DNA of 64,000 bases from contig CM052818.1 in the NCBI GenBank assembly GCA_028534125.1, forward strand, positions 18,044,001 through 18,108,000. Reading direction: 5' to 3'. The DNA is from Lama glama (Eukaryota). The translations under genes and the position numbers were made by a program. The notes under the pieces were generated by a model. The model was not told where the DNA came from, ran no database searches, and saw only the letters and a list, made by a program, of their open reading frames with translations. Below are positions 12,565 to 24,619 of the stretch, piece after piece; the first letter of the stretch is position 1, and the number at the start of each line of letters is the position of its first letter.

Positions 12565-14759
12565 AATCTATGAGAACCAAAGAGCTATCCATCACTAGTA
12601 ATTAAACATTTAATGAACTGGCTCAAAATTTAAGTTTTCCTTTCTCGTTCTTGTCCTCACTATGAGTGTCCAAGCCAAGGGTATATGCTAAACCAATGAG
12701 AACAGATCGCATTTAGGGCAAAGACAAAGAGCCTCCTTCCAATAGCACGTTTCATTTTTAGATTTCAATTCTCCTTCTGCTGCTAGTGTTGTGACACAGA
12801 GTCTGCTACTGCTGCTGGCTAGGACCTTTCCTTACATCTCCAATCCTCTCTCTGAGGGAAGATTCACCCTCTGATAAAACCAGCCACAATTTAGAAACCT
12901 TCATTCCCTGGGCAGAGCCTTCCAGCCACACTACATTCATCTGGGTGAAAGAAAGTTAAGTGATTTGGAGCATTTTGTAGATTATATCCCCCTAAATGTA
13001 TAACTCGACTAAAGAGATTAATTTGGATGAAATGAGACGTGACCTTAAACTGCCTTTTCTCACTTGCACCAAACCCCAAACAAACTTGCCAAGTTTACAA
13101 AATATGTATCCATTATTTTTCCTCAGTCTTTCTTCTCACTTTGCTGGGGGGAATCAGCCCTACTGTCGCATCTGTGATGAAGCAAATAAATCAGCAATTT
13201 AAAAAGCAATTGATTAGAGTTTTCCCCTCATCACTCTGCTGATTAGGAAGCACAGGCTGTGCATGTGAAATTCAGAGATGCACCCAAATTTTTATTGGCA
13301 CCAGGTAGCAACATTTGAGTTTAACTGACATTAATTGTAATAAATTTCATGTTTTGCACATTCAGTATCATGCAACATGATAATGCACACATTTGTCGAA
13401 TGAAAACATCCTTGTTCAATTCCCCTAGATGTGCAAATACTAACGTTATCTAAGTAATGTTGACAGTTCAATCTTCTTGCTCTCTTGCATGTACATTGCA
13501 AATAATAAGATTTTGAAATTGTATAAGATGAGTAGACTTTTCTGACCCTTACCATTAAAAAGAAGAACAGATAACAGATATACTTGTTCTCAATAAACAA
13601 CCCTCACAATCCTCCAATGAACACATGCCAAACTAGGCAAACATCTGGCATCAGCCTCCTCTCATTTCTATTTTTATAATTATGAGTTAGGTAACAGAGG
13701 CATTTTTGTCTAAATACTCTTAAACTCAGTGGAAACCGTAGATATTCTGGACTGTTCCTCTAATATTCCTATTTAAGATTGACTTTCATCAAATGTGAAA
13801 TGTTATTATCAGCATCACCATTATCTAATGCTATAAATGACTCAAGATGTCCTGCCCTGCTTCTAAAGATAAAGACATAAATCATATTATAATTATTATG
13901 CTGACTCCTTTAAAATAGTCTTTCTGTTCCTCCAGAACGCTTTAGATTAAATTAACTTGAAAATAATACTTGAAGAAAATAGATATTGACAGTATTGTAG
14001 AAGGGTTTATGATCCTCATGGCATCAGTATAGTTCAATAGTTACACGTGACCAATGACCACAGAATGATACGAAATCATGCTGTGCACAAAGCCACAAAT
14101 GGGCGTATAGAAGAACATGAAACTGATCCTTGACTTGAAAACTACTCATTTTCTGAGATTTTTTTCCCAGTATAAGTTTATATTCTAAGAATTCCTGCTA
14201 TGCAGTTCCATTTTTCTGCTTTATGAGTGCAAGAGTGACAGGGACATGCCAGAACATCAGGCAGACTATCAGTTCATCGTTAGAGGAAAATAACACAAAT
14301 ACAAGTGACTCTGATATGAAGAACTTGCTCGTGAAGTCATGTCTGTTCACTTCAACGTGACATTGTTTGTGCCGTTCAACACGTGATGATGCTTGTAGTT
14401 TGGCTTCCAGCTGTCTGTCCAAGGATGATACTGTATTCATTCGGGTTATTTATCCCCAGGACATTCATTCCTCTGAGGGACAAAGGCAGATTTGTAGAAT
14501 GTGCTACCCTTCTATTTACTTCATGGGGGCAGTTTGCTACAAAGTCTCTCAGAGCCCTAAATGAGATAAAGGCAGTTTTGAAAAAAATACCCCTCCACAG
14601 GGCTGTATCTCAGTAAGAAATGTAGAAAATGTGGTTTCTACTTACTACTCTCATTTTCCCTGACTTTGCTCCCACTGTCTTAACACCAAGTATCAGTCTG
14701 GCCTTGAACAGGCTTCCAACTATTTAATAAAGAGTTAGCTTGAGGCAATGATATGAACT

Positions 14760-14850
14760 TGTCTGTTCACTGGAATCTCCTGAGGAGCTTTCACAAAAAA
14801 ATGCAGATTTCCAACCTCAGAGATTCTGATTCAGTAAGAATTCATTGTGG
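14760..14850. mobile_element. MER5-like fragment
   Basis: 'ggaatctcctgaggagcttt..aaaatgcagatttcc...cagagattctgattcagtaag'. Confidence 0.65.
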
Positions 14851-15129
14851 GGAAGTTTTCTCTCTCCTTTCTTTAATGAGAACTTGGGAATCCAAAAATT
14901 TGTCAGGAGCCAAAGAAAGGAATCCCTAATTGTAGACATCTTGTAGGAGTCCCCAATTGTAGAGTCTTGTGGTGAAAAATCATGTAATAGCATTTATAAT
15001 TCTGTGTTCAATATCATGCTTCATCTACGACCTGGTTGATGATATCTGGGTATTTAGAATTTTTCTGGATCCCTTTTCTAGCTTTTCTTTTTGTGAATCT
15101 TTGCAGTTGAGCTTCTTAGATGAGGAAGC

Positions 15130-15340
15130 CCACAAGCATAGGTATTAAGAGCATCAGCTCTCATTTAAGACTTCTTGTGTTTAGAAACACTGAGTTTGCC
15201 ATGTGCTACCTCTTTAAGCCTCAGTTAAAATGAACAACAGCAGTATCTCCCCAAAGGGTTGCTGAGAGAGTTAACTGACATAGTGGGTGTGCCACAGGGT
15301 CTGATACACAGGAAGCACTCCACACACATGAGTTATTATA
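15130..15340 (+). mobile_element. MIR SINE (degraded)
   Basis: 'acctctttaagcctcagttaaaatgaacaacagcagtatctc...agggttgctgagagagttaactga'. Confidence 0.65.
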
Positions 15341-15476
15341 ACAATGGCATTTCAATGACTTATTGGAATCTTAAACTTTAGATTTTCTTTTTTGTAAATC
15401 TTCAAATTATTGGAAGGTAGAGTGCCTAGTAAGCTGATCTGTTGTGGGAAGACAAAATAACATTCTCCCTAGATGT

Positions 15477-15810
15477 CGTTAGAACATTCGACGTCTTGTC
15501 TCTCTTGAGTCACTTTCGTGTGCTGGGTGAGAATCCCATCCTTAATGGCTTCTGGGATTAGGCTTGGCCGGCTGCTTCTAGGAATCGCCCTGTCCTCCCA
15601 GGCTCTGGTTTCTCCTGACTTCAGCAGCTGTGGTGGAGCCACGTCCACTCTTCTGATGACGTCATCCTACTTCTCACGAGCAAGGTACCCGCACTTCTTT
15701 CACACTGACAGGTCATCACCGATATGCTATCTGCAGGACAGTTACAAGCGCCCCACCCGGACCACCAGACTTTAGTAAGCCACTCGCATTTTGTCGCCCT
15801 CTAGCTTCTG
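15477..15810. promoter_or_regulatory. Candidate promoter/enhancer: CpG-enriched motif cluster
   Basis: Palindromic CRE GATGACGTCATC (15655-15666), KLF/SP box GCCCCACCC (15750-15758) and a CTCF-like motif on the minus strand (15791-15806). About 15 CpGs in ~330 bp against a depleted background. Confidence 0.55.
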
Positions 15811-15849
15811 CTGGAGCAAAACTTCCCAGTTCCTCTAAGAAGCTATACC

Positions 15850-16180
15850 AGAGTATGACAGTCAACAGACTCAGATATCATGGAGTGAGCCATGCAAAGA
15901 TAAGAAGAAGGTAGGACATCCTATTAGAGGAAAAAGCTGATTTAGTGGCTTCAAGTGGCAACAGCTTGGTGTGGCCCCAGATGTGAAAAAGAAGGTCAAT
16001 GGCTGGATTGAAATAAACAAGGAAGAATACGAGGTGATAGCTGAACAGTAGGTAGCAACTAGGTCATGCAAGGCTTTGAAAGTTGTGGAAGGAATTTACT
16101 TTTGTTGTTATGGTAAGGAACCGCTGGGGAGACTTAAGTGGAGGAGGGCTATGATCTGGTTTACGCTTTGTAAAGGTCAG
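15850..16180 (-). mobile_element. L2 fragment
   Basis: 'ggagtgagccatgcaaagata...ggaaccgctggggagacttaag...atgatctggtttacgctttgtaaagg' is antisense L2. Confidence 0.75.
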
Positions 16181-19100
16181 TTCTGTTTTCCTCTAAGAAT
16201 GCTTCCCATTCCTGTTCTTGGGCCTTTAGTCTTGTTCCTTCTGTTGCCTGATTCATCCTCCTGTCCCTCTTCTTCCTGTCCCTCCTACTCTTCAAGACAA
16301 AGCTCCAGCCCATTTTCTTCCACTGCCGTTTCCTAACCACTCTAGACCCCCTTTCTTTTACCTGACTTTCATAATACTTAACAATTTAAAACTCGCATGC
16401 TTACATTTAAAAAAGAAAACCACTTTACACTAGTCTTTAGGTCAGGCCAATAGCACCTCATTTGCTTACTTACAGCCCTACCTGAAGCCAGCCAGTGGGT
16501 GAGAAATGACCACCAGTTAGTTGCCTCTCTCTTAGCTTTTGACAGCATTGCCTGAGAAAAGCAGGAGTATTCAGAGAAGAGATAGGAACTGAAGAATGGT
16601 AGAATATAAACAAGTGTTGTAGAGAAGAGGAAAAATGTTCCTGATGGTAGAATAAATGAGCAAAGTTGAAATTATTTAAAATGTACAGAAAAAATGAAGC
16701 GTATGATCCTCAGCACTTGACCAGTCACCCCACTCATGGACACGTTAGGTTCATTGGGGTTTTGACACTTGAATTCCTCATAGTGTCAGCCATCTGATGT
16801 CCAAGGCTTCTGCTGTTTTTACGTTTCTCAGGGGACCCCTGTAATTTTTCCCATTGTTCTTTGTTAGATAAATGGATTAAGAGCGCAGTTATGAAATATA
16901 CTTCACTCCCTTCTCTGATCCAAGTACCTTCATTTCTCATTCTGGACTCTAATGTTCTAATTTTTTCCTTATCTGATATCTTGAATTGTGGCATAAAATA
17001 CATTTGGGCCTCCATATTTAGAATGCCCTCCCACATTTATTAGCTGAGATTCTCTGCATTGCTAAAGCTTCCTTTATCTGTTTTCCCGTCTTCTTGCAAT
17101 CTACCTGCTGTTCAGTTCTTAATTTAAAGAAGTTACTCTTGTGAGGTTGAATGGCTGCTTTTGAAATCAATCAGTAAGATTCTTTTCAGATTTCAGTCCT
17201 TATCTTGATGAGTGCTTACTCAGTAGAAGATTCAAGAATTGAGGAAGTGAAGAGCTACTTTAGTTTCAGGGGAAACTGTTTGGGAGGGGGAAAGAGAGAA
17301 GATATTGATGTTGATGCGGTCTTGAGAGTTTTTCTCCTTCATTTATTTTCATTAAAAAAGATAATTGCATGAAAACCAGATTTGTTTTTCTCGAGGGCAC
17401 ACCTGCTCTTTCTGTGACATATGACTTAAGGAATTTCTTGTCTGTGACATCTGCTTTTTCCAGAGGAGTCTGGGATAATGTTGCTTACAGGTTATTTGTT
17501 TTGTTTTTTAAAGCCAGACAGACAATAATTCTTCTAAGCTGAAAAAAAAAAAAAGTCCTAAAACCTTTATTTAGTTGCTTTGGTCACAGATATTTCACTC
17601 ATTCATGGAAAGGATACTTTTCTACTAGGTCCAGTGAAAGCAGTTATTGTTGCCATCAGTGTAAATATAAAAGTGGTCTGATCAGGACTCAGAGTTCAGA
17701 GAGGAGATTGCCTGAGATGACCAGAATTTCTGTCTTTACAATTACTTGAAGGTACATGACTTTCCATATGCTGCTCTTCCCCTATCTAGTGGGTGAAGTG
17801 TTAAAATACTCCAGTTGATTTTTGTTATGTGTTCAGAAATAAAAACCTCTTTTGCCAGTTTTTAACTTCATTTTAAAGACATTTATGCCATTTAAATAAA
17901 AGGAACATGTAACCTGGTTTTGCAAAACAGCATTTCCACATTGTCACTAAGCAATTGTTCTAGTTGTGCGGGGGTCAAAACTTCTTTTAGGTTTCTTCTG
18001 GCTGGAAACAGAAGTCTTACGTATCTCTTCCCCTTGATTGACTTTTTCTTTTCTTTTATCTCTTTAAGCAAAATTGGGGTGGGAGGGAAGGAGCTCATTT
18101 TCTATGTTCTCAGTCACTTCTAGGATTTGAGCGTATTGTTCACCATTTCTACTTACTTACTAACTTCTACACATAACTGTAGGTTCGGAAGTAGACTGTA
18201 CAAGAAAACAAGGAGGAGAAGAAAATGATGATTCATTACTCTTGTACATAGTGGTGTAAGAAAAACTGTTGCATAACCTAGGCTCTATAATACCTAACTA
18301 TGCAATTTATCTGATCTACTGTATCTCAGTTGGAGAAATCAATTTTAATGCATACTTTGGAATCATGGCCTCAGTCTGTTTTTTGGGCACCTAATCTTTT
18401 GGCAGTTTGTTCAACTCAGGGATTACCATCATCAATATTATCTACTCCAAAAATATCTGATGCTGTACCTGGCACTATATCAATATCCATGCATGGATAT
18501 CATTTCATAGTGTATGCTTCACACAAATCAATCTGAATCAACTCTTTGTTTGGTAGGGATTAGGAGGAAGAAGATGATTTGGACTAGGTAATTGGTCCAA
18601 AGTAACGTTTTATACAATGACTTTATACTATATCAAAAGAGCTACAGTGTATGTTTTGCAAAGTATGTAAATAGTCTGGTGCATTTTTATATTAGTATCT
18701 GTATCCTTTAGTATTTCTGACTGTTTAAAATAAATTTTACTTTCTACGGGGTTATATAATTGCCTTCTTTTCCCTCGTAAAGCTTCATAAGATAGGTATG
18801 GTATAATTTGAAGGTTGTAGGAAGGACTGCCATTTAAAAATCACCCCCTGTCTTTGCCCCAAGAGCTCTCATAATATCTCAAATTTCACTTTTAGAGATT
18901 AATTTTTTTTTAGTCTTGAAGGCTTTTGTTCTACAAGAGTTCTCTATTAAAATGCAAGTGCCCTTGGGAGAGGAAACATCTCAACCAGTGATGAACAACC
19001 CGAGGCTCCATGTAGCTCTAAGTTATGGCCAAGATCTAATTCTGCATAAAAGATTTTAAAACATTGCCTCCTTGTTGCTGTTTTTTTTTCCAAATATACT

Positions 19101-19899
19101 CTCATATTAACATTTTAATGGCTAGAAAGAAGTATCACTTTTCCATTTACATTTTTCTAGTCAGTAAAGTAAGTAAAATAAATTGTCAGGATAGATATTT
19201 TAAGATTAAATCAAGATTGAAGACTGGGTCAAAAACAAGTTCTCTTCCACAGTCAAATCTGATTTTAAAGGTATGACTTTGAGTTAATTTTTATATGGAA
19301 TCTTTATGCCTTTCTCAAGATTTTGTTTACAAAAAATAGGTTATATATACATAAGAAAGTTACTAATATATTAGTTCAATTTAACAATAGTGTATTACGA
19401 AAGGCTCATTTTCAAAATAACAGTTTTTTAAAATGTCTCATTTTATGTGGTTGAAGAATGTTTTTCAAATTTGAATGTGAATTTATATATATGCTGAACA
19501 ATTAGAATTATATTCAGTAAATTCCGTTCAACTTAAAGAAAAGAAAGACTCAGTTCATAACAGATGGAAAATAAGAAAATCTCAGCTATTGTAAAAGAGT
19601 CCTGAAACATAAAAAACAGATGGACTGGGCCTGATGAAACTGGGTAAACCACGGCAAGCCCGAGTAGATGAACATCACTGTGAAAATAATCACATACGCA
19701 GAGAAACGTCAAGCTCAGAGTGAACACATGAAACAAAGCTTCGCAAAACAAAATGAGATAAAACAAAATGGATTCCTGGAGCAATCCATCCGAACTCCTT
19801 ATTAAAGAATTATAATTAAAGTCATTGTGCTAGCTGGTCTTTCTGTCTCTCTCCACACAAACACACACACACGCTGAGGAATGGACTCCAGAAAAATCT

Positions 19900-20930
19900 T
19901 ACCCCAGGCTAAAATCCAAAAGGTGAAGAAACCATGCTTTCTGAGAAGGGCTCAGACTTGATCAGAGGGCTTACTTAAAATTCCTATGAAAGTGAGAGAA
20001 TATGGAGAGAGAAGAAAAAACAAGTCGCAAAAGGCAGTTCTATTGAGGAGAAAAACATACTCAACTTTGCTACCAGAATAAGTCTCTTCTTATTTGGCAA
20101 TGGTGGGGGTATCTAAAACTGAGGAAACTCCATGACTGTGCACATAAAAGGTAGCCTGCTAGCTGAAACAAGGTATCTACACACCTAGGACCTAATTGAG
20201 CCCTTCCATTCAGGTAGAAGCCTGTAGAAGAAAGGAATGGAAGAAGCGCAGGGAAACCCCAGGCCTCCCGACTCCACTAACCCAGTTCATGTGTCAGCAT
20301 GAACATACCAACAAGGATCACCACTCATCTGAGAAAAACCGACACCATGAAATAGTAAGAACAAAGTGAACACATGAAAGACGGGTCCTGGAGGAAACAG
20401 AGATCACTGAGATGGCAGAGGAAGACTTTAGAAACAATTCTATGGAGCCTCAATGAAATTAGAGAAGGCAATGTACATATATAAATATAAACTCAGCATG
20501 CTATGATAAAATAACAGAAAACAAAAAAAATGTTTGGCATTTAAATATAAAAATTTATTTACAACTGAAATAACTTACTAGAATGATCGCTGTAGAAGGC
20601 AAAATATGTGATCTAGAAGTCAAACAGAGAAGACATGAAACATATGAGAGAAAAATACACAGACTAGAAGCATGTACTCAAGATTTAAATGATGTTTCTA
20701 AAAGGACTTCCAGATTGAGAGAACAGAGGCAATGATGATAAAGCAATTATGAAAAGATGAATACACCAAAATATCCTGAAATTGAAGTTAAAAATGAAAT
20801 TGACATTTCAGTTTTAAAAGGTCCACTAAACCTTGAGCAATATGAATAAGAGTGTACATGTGTATCTGAACACACACACATACACTCCTCAAGAAAATCC
20901 TAAAAGCAAGCCATTAGAAAATAGTCGGTG
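19900..20930 (+). mobile_element. Old L1 5' UTR/ORF1 remnant
   Basis: 'caacaaggatcaccactcatctgagaaaaacc', 'aaaggacttccagattgagagaacagag', 'aagaaaatcctaaaagc'; A-rich. Confidence 0.55.
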
Positions 20931-20958
20931 GAAAAAGTAATTCATTAAAGAATGTGAA

Positions 20959-21090
20959 GGAGGGGGAGGGTATAGCTCAGCAGTAAAGTGCATGCTCAGC
21001 ATGCACAAAGTCCTGGGTTCAATCCCCAGTACTTCCATCAAAATAATTAAATAAATACCTAATTATCTCCCCCTCCACAACCACCAAAAG
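20959..21090 (+). mobile_element. tRNA-derived SINE, camelid vic-1-like
   Basis: 'ggggagggtatagctcagcagtaaagtgcatgctcagcatgcacaaagtcctgggttcaatccccagtacttcc' has Pol III A and B boxes. It is followed by an AT-rich tail and 'acctaattatctcccc', and flanked by aaagaatg(tga) repeats. Confidence 0.88.
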
Positions 21091-21833
21091 AATGAATGTG
21101 ATAAAGAATAGAAAGAAAAAAGAAGTGGGTGAAAAATGGCAGCAGAGCAGGGAAGAGATAATGAGATGGAATGAGAACTCAGATGCTCATGTTCTTCCAT
21201 TACCAAATTTTAAATTCAAAATATTTAAGGAAATGAGAATCTATGCAAGTCAGTTAAATGTCCCAAATGTTTATAATGACTAGTCCTTGCTCACTTGAAT
21301 TGGGAAAGAAATGAGTTCACTTCTTTTTTATTTTCTGACCTTATCACATACTAAGCAAACGTCTATTTTTGGATGGACAAAGCCAGTTTTGAAAAATCCA
21401 TGAAAGGCCACTTTGGGGATTGGTGTTCTAATGTTGGCCCAGTATATTCATCTTGTTTTGAATCATAGTATAATGAATAATTCTGGTGGTAATGACTGAA
21501 CCTCCGTATTTATAGAAAACTGACATTTCTTGAATGTGAAATTGTTCCTGTTTCTATGTAAATGAAGCTCTGCATTTAGGTGTTGTGGCTTCTGTTCATT
21601 TGACTTGCTCTGTCTTATTTAAGTTGAAAGATTATATCATCAATTTTCACCCTGCACCACCCCCAACCTGCAAACTGCCATGCAATCTCTGTAGGGTCTT
21701 TGCTCCTGCTCAAAGAGTATTTTGTTCCCTTGTGTCTCTCACCCAATGGGCTTATTTTGAACTTACTGGATTATAAAATTATAAATATCTTATAATCAAA
21801 CAAACTTGCTATATCCAACTGAAATAAAATGTG

Positions 21834-21835
<2 letters not shown>

Positions 21836-21869
<34 letters not shown>
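21836..21869. repeat. (TG)n microsatellite
   Basis: Directly visible. Confidence 0.98.
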
Positions 21870-21872
<3 letters not shown>

Positions 21873-22009
21873 CCTTCTCCTCTCCTACTCATACAGAACA
21901 CATGTGTTTGGAACATTTCCCTTCTTAACATGGGTCTTGCCAGTGTTTTCTGTTTCTGGCAGAATATAAAATCTGACAGGAAAGAGGCCACCTCTCCTTT
22001 TAGAATCAT

Positions 22010-22378
22010 TTCTGACTGGGTGGCTTTAACTGCAGAAATTTATTTTCTCCCAATTCTGGAGGCTAGGATGTCCGAGATCAAGGTAAGGACAGATAAGGTT
22101 TCTGGTGAGAGTTTTCTTGGCTTACAGATGGCTGCTTTCTCACTGTGTATTCACATGGGCTCTCCTTGATGTATGCACATGGAGAAAGAGAGAGAGCTTT
22201 CTCTTCCTCTTCTTATAAAGCCATCAATCCTGTGGGATTCGGATTAAGATCCCCATCCTTAGGACCCGGTTCAACCTTAATTATCTCCTAAAAGCCCTAG
22301 TTTCTTATACACTCACAGTGAAGATTAGAACTTGAATATATGAATTTGGAGGGAAAACGATTCAGTCTTTGACAATTT
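22010..22378 (-). mobile_element. MaLR LTR (MLT1A-like)
   Basis: 'ctgggtggctttaa..cagaaatttattttctcccaattctggaggctaggatgtccgagatcaagg...tatgaatttggagggaaaacgattcagtc'. Confidence 0.85.
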
Positions 22379-22534
22379 CTATCTGTGGAATGAAGCACTG
22401 TGCCTGACAAATATGGGGATTTTTTCAAATAAGTTTTGAGCATTTTGATTTTATACAGAGGCAGATATATTTGGAAGGAAGACGCCAGCTCAGTTCAAAT
22501 CCCTGTTTTTTCTCTAAAGATTCCAAAAAGTCCT

Positions 22535-24043
22535 CTACAGTCATCAAGACAGCATGGTATTGGTACCAAAACAGACATATAGACCAATGGAACAGAATAG
22601 AGAGCCCAGAAATGAACCCACAAACTTTTGGTCAACTCATCTTCGACAAAGGAGGCAGGAATATACAATGGAATAAAGACAATCTCGTCAGCAAATGGTG
22701 TTGGGAAAACTGGACAGCAGCATGTAACTCAATGAAGCTAGAACACTCACTTACACCATACACAAAAATCAACTCAAAATGGATCAAAGAGTTAAACATA
22801 AAACAAGATACAATAAACCTCCTAAAGGAAAACACAGGCAAAACATTATCTGACATACATGTCAAAAATTTTCTCCTAGAAGAAATAAAAGCAAGAATAA
22901 ACAAATGAGAGCTAATGAAACTTACAAGCTTCTGCACAGCAAAGGAAACCATAAGCAAAACAAAAAGACAACCTACGGAATGGGAAAAAATTTTTGCAAA
23001 TGAAACCGACAAAGGTTTGATCTCCAGAATATATAAGCAGCTCATACGGCTCAATAAGAAGAAAATAAACAACCCAATCCAAAAATGGGCAGAAGACCTA
23101 AACAAGCAATTTTCCAAGGAAGACATACAAATGATCAATAGGCATATGAAAAAATGCTCAATATCACTAATTATCAGAGAAACGCAAATCAAAACTACGA
23201 TGAGGTATCACCTCNNNNNNNNNNNNNNNNNNNNNNNNNNNNNNNNNNNNNNNNNNNNNNNNNNNNNNNNNNNNNNNNNNNNNNNNNNNNNNNNNNNNNN
23301 NNNNNNNNNNNNNNNNNNNNNNNNNNNNNNNNNNNNNNNNNNNNNNNNNNNNNNNNNNNNNNNNNNNNNNNNNNNNNNNNNNNNNNNNNNNNNNNNNNNN
23401 NNNNNNNNNNNNNNNNNNNNNNNNNNNNNNNNNNNNNNNNNNNNNNNNNNNNNNNNNNNNNNNNNNNNNNNNNNNNNNNNNNNNNNNNNNNNNNNNNNNN
23501 NNNNNNNNNNNNNNNNNNNNNNNNNNNNNNNNNNNNNNNNNNNNNNNNNNNNNNNNNNNNNNNNNNNNNNNNNNNNNNNNNNNNNNNNNNNNNNNNNNNN
23601 NNNNNNNNNNNNNNNNNNNNNNNNNNNNNNNNNNNNNNNNNNNNNNNNNNNNNNNNNNNNNNNNNNNNNNNNNNNNNNNNNNNNNNNNNNNNNNNNNNNN
23701 NNNNNNNNNNNNNNAAAAAACCCCAAACAAAGCATAAATACAGAACAGAAATAGACTCATAGACATAGAATACAGACTTGTGGTTGCCAAGGGGTTGGGG
23801 GGTGGGAAGAGATAGACTGGGATTTCAAAATTGTAGAATAGATAAACAAGATTATACTGTATAGCACAGGAAAATATATACAAGATCTTATGGTAGCTCA
23901 CAGAGAAAGGAATGTGACAATGAATATATATATGTTCATGTATAACTGAAAAATTGTGCTCTACACTGGAATTTGACACAACATTGTAAAATGATTATAA
24001 ATCAATAAAAAAAATGTTAAAAAATAACTTTCTCAAAAAAAAA
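22535..24043 (+). mobile_element. Young 5'-truncated L1 (ORF2 C-terminal region, 3' UTR, polyA); inactive
   Basis: Translates to L1 ORF2 ([25 protein letters not shown]...; [12 protein letters not shown]...) with a premature TGA at ~22906. PolyA tail present. TSD aaagattccaaaaa(g/c)tcct at 22516-22534 and 24044-24062. Confidence 0.97.
23215..23714. other. Assembly gap (500 N) inside L1
   Basis: Run of N. Confidence 1.
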
Positions 24044-24619
24044 AAAGATTCCAAAAACTCCTGTCTGAGATTATTTGTTTTTCCTCTTTTATATCTTTTG
24101 TTAGTATTTTAACTGTGTCCTCCCTTTTGTGACTCTAGCTCCTGGACCATGTTTTACTTGCACTCCGTCTTAAGGAGGTAATCATGTACTGTCTTACAAC
24201 TGTTGTACTTTAAAGTGAACTGCTTTTCCATCTCTTATTCTGATTTTTTTTTTCCGTATGTTTCTTACGTCTCAATAGGGTTCCAAGCCTCTTCTAGTCA
24301 ACACGGCATTCTATACTGCCACAAATTCCCTTATAGTTTCCAGGTATAGTAATGCCTGGCATGAAGGTGTTTTCTTTCTTCTTTTTCTTTCTCTCTTTTT
24401 TTTTTTTAATGCTTGCATTAATCCACGTGCACCTAATTAATGATCATATACCTAATTAAAAGAGAACCAAGTGAAAAGGTTTAAGATACGAAAGAGGTGG
24501 TAATAATTTTTAAGATACTTTTTATCTTTAAAGGATTAATAAGTGAGAAGGAAAATATAATTCATTCTTACAGTCTTCTAGGAGAACATTTTGCAAATCA
24601 GAATTTTACAGAACACTTC

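Noticed and set aside
20962..21036. tRNA-Ala-like gene
   Set aside because: It has substitutions in the tRNA-like head and continues into a SINE tail with TSD-like flanks, so it is a SINE.
22632..23192. 186-aa hydrophobic ORF, with a similar one at 60673-61086
   Set aside because: Antisense reading of L1 ORF2. The similarity reflects two L1 copies, not a gene family.
22915..23979. Long ORFs of 175-279 aa
   Set aside because: Artefacts of reading through the 500-N gap; the real part is L1 ORF2.
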